Assembly (NCBI RefSeq): GCF_002571385.2
Contig: NW_019217852.1
Coordinates: 340,134-404,133 of the forward strand
Direction: 5' to 3'
From: Stylophora pistillata
Taxonomy: Eukaryota
Length of the DNA stretch: 64,000 nucleotides
This document shows, piece after piece, positions 62,504 through 64,000 of the stretch (the first letter of the stretch is position 1; every line of letters starts with the position of its first letter). The notes under the pieces were generated by a model, which made no database searches, was not told the origin of the DNA, and worked only from the letters and a program-made list of their open reading frames with translations. The translations under genes were made by a program, and so were the position numbers.

Positions 62504-63826
62504 GATCTACACATTGTTAGGATTAAAGATATCTTCTACAACAACGCTTGACCATTAGTTAAAGTAAAACGAGCAAGATACAAAATGAATACGCAACACC
62601 CTTAAATAAATCCCTAAAGTACATGATGAATAAACCTTCAATGAACCCCAAAGAATACGTTGATAAGTGAAGCCACTAACCCCAAATAAGAATTGAACCA
62701 CACTTTTGGAAGAAAAATTTAGACGTTCTTTGTTTCCCGTTATCTTGTCTTTAGGTAAAAAAGTATCGTTCGTTTAATGTATGTTGTGTGATTGGATTCA
62801 TTTCGGGATTTAGAGAAAGCATCAAAATTTGTCTTGCTGCCAAAATAGTGCTTTGTAATTTGTATACCGTGGTATATACCGATTAAGGAAACTCCAACGA
62901 TAAGTTAGCCTCGTTTCACTGGGCACCTGTGCCAACCAGGGGGTCTGGAAACCAATACAGTAGTTTTTCGCGGGAAAACTTGACCCGCGCGGCCAAACTG
63001 TGAGCGCTGGGCAAACTGTGAGGCAAAACTATAGTTTTTTAATTTTTTTTCAGGCGAGTTACAAGTCTGTCATGTTGAGAGACAAGCGCTATAAACTTTT
63101 GACGAAATATTTCAACATATTCACTCTTGCTTCTGTGTAAAAGCGTTGAATTTTCAAGCAACAGATGAATGATAACAACAACAATCCAGATGTGCTCCTT
63201 ATAACATCACTTGCGCTGGTCAAACCTAGATATAGATGGAAATTTTTAAAAGAAACCATTTGTGTTTCATAAACTGAGACCTAACTGAGGCCCGAGGCTG
63301 TGCAAACCAGGATCTCGATAACTCTGGGTATTGATAAACTGGAGGTACTTCAGGTCAGCTCTCATTGTTGGGAGCTCTCCTTGTTGGGGGTCAAATAGAG
63401 TCAAAGACAGTTTGTCCATAAGCTAAGTTTTCAAGGTCTCTAAGGTCTTAGTTCTCGAGACACCCCAGAAATTATTCTGACCACTGCTAATGTAATAGAG
63501 TTCTGGACGTGAATGTTAACTCTAGCATAACTGAATCAGAAGTTTTCACTGATTCTTGTAAGGCATTATTATTGAACTTCACGATCGTATTAATTATTCA
63601 CCATTCTTGCTGCCGTACAATTTCGAGCAAGTGATACTAACTGAGAATTTGATAATTTACTGGGTAATTAGTGAACTTGTGAGAAATTAAATATGAATCA
63701 CTTCTAGGAATGAAATGGTTGATATTTTTTTTTAGTAATAGTCTCTGTAAACAGCAGACCATGTCCACTAAAATCCTCCCATTTTGGCATGAAAATGCCT
63801 GTTTACATGTACCAGGAGCAGGGTTG

Positions 63827-64000
63827 GTGAGCAGGGTTGGCGTAGTGGTGAGAGCGCTCGCCTTCCACCAATGTGTCCCGGGTTCGATTCCCGGACCCGG
63901 CGTCATAAGTGGATTGAGTTTGTTGGTTCTCTACTCTACTCCGAGAGGTTTTTCTCCGGGTACTCTGGTTTTCCCCTCGATCTCCTCAAAAACCATCATC
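63827..64000 (+). mobile_element. tRNA-derived SINE head with conserved central domain, running off the window
   Basis: A-box tggcgtagtgg, B-box ggttcgattcc, then ggtttttctccgggtactctggttttcc typical of metazoan SINE cores. Confidence 0.8.

Noticed and set aside
1-64000. Bacterial CBASS operon, TIR-STING fusion or linked cGAS/cGLR gene
   Set aside because: The DNA is spliced eukaryotic sequence, the STINGs have TM N-termini, and I recognised no nucleotidyltransferase/Mab21 or TIR exons; small exons could have been missed.

Overview
This is eukaryotic, AT-rich, intron-containing DNA. Gene content and repeat families point to an anthozoan cnidarian, probably a stony coral (inference). Manual splice reconstruction gives, left to right: (1) three tandem two-exon STING/TMEM173 paralogues on +, two intact and one carrying two frameshifts; (2) a duplicated FAHD1-like locus on -; (3) a + strand unit in which a 63-aa membrane microprotein ORF overlaps a six-exon 156-aa ORF whose C-terminal half resembles SYCE3; (4) a complete 23-exon PERK/EIF2AK3 gene on -; (5) a BTB-BACK-PHR gene on +; (6) FAM136A on -; (7) an intronless GH18 chitinase on -. 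These are interspersed with LINE and Penelope fragments, minimal hammerhead-ribozyme motifs, MITEs, a solo LTR and tRNA-derived elements, one of which forms a 334-bp near-perfect palindrome. The strongest signal is an identical palindromic NF-kB site (GGGGATTCCCC) at nearly the same distance upstream of all three STING starts. ISRE, E-box and UPRE motifs lie nearby, and the same kB core recurs in early introns of FAHD1 and PERK, suggesting a clustered STING-PERK immune/ER-stress regulon. Also notable are clustered ligand-pocket divergence among the STING paralogues and the hidden SYCE3-like, possibly bicistronic gene. All homology calls come from recalled sequences and visual alignment; no searches were run.
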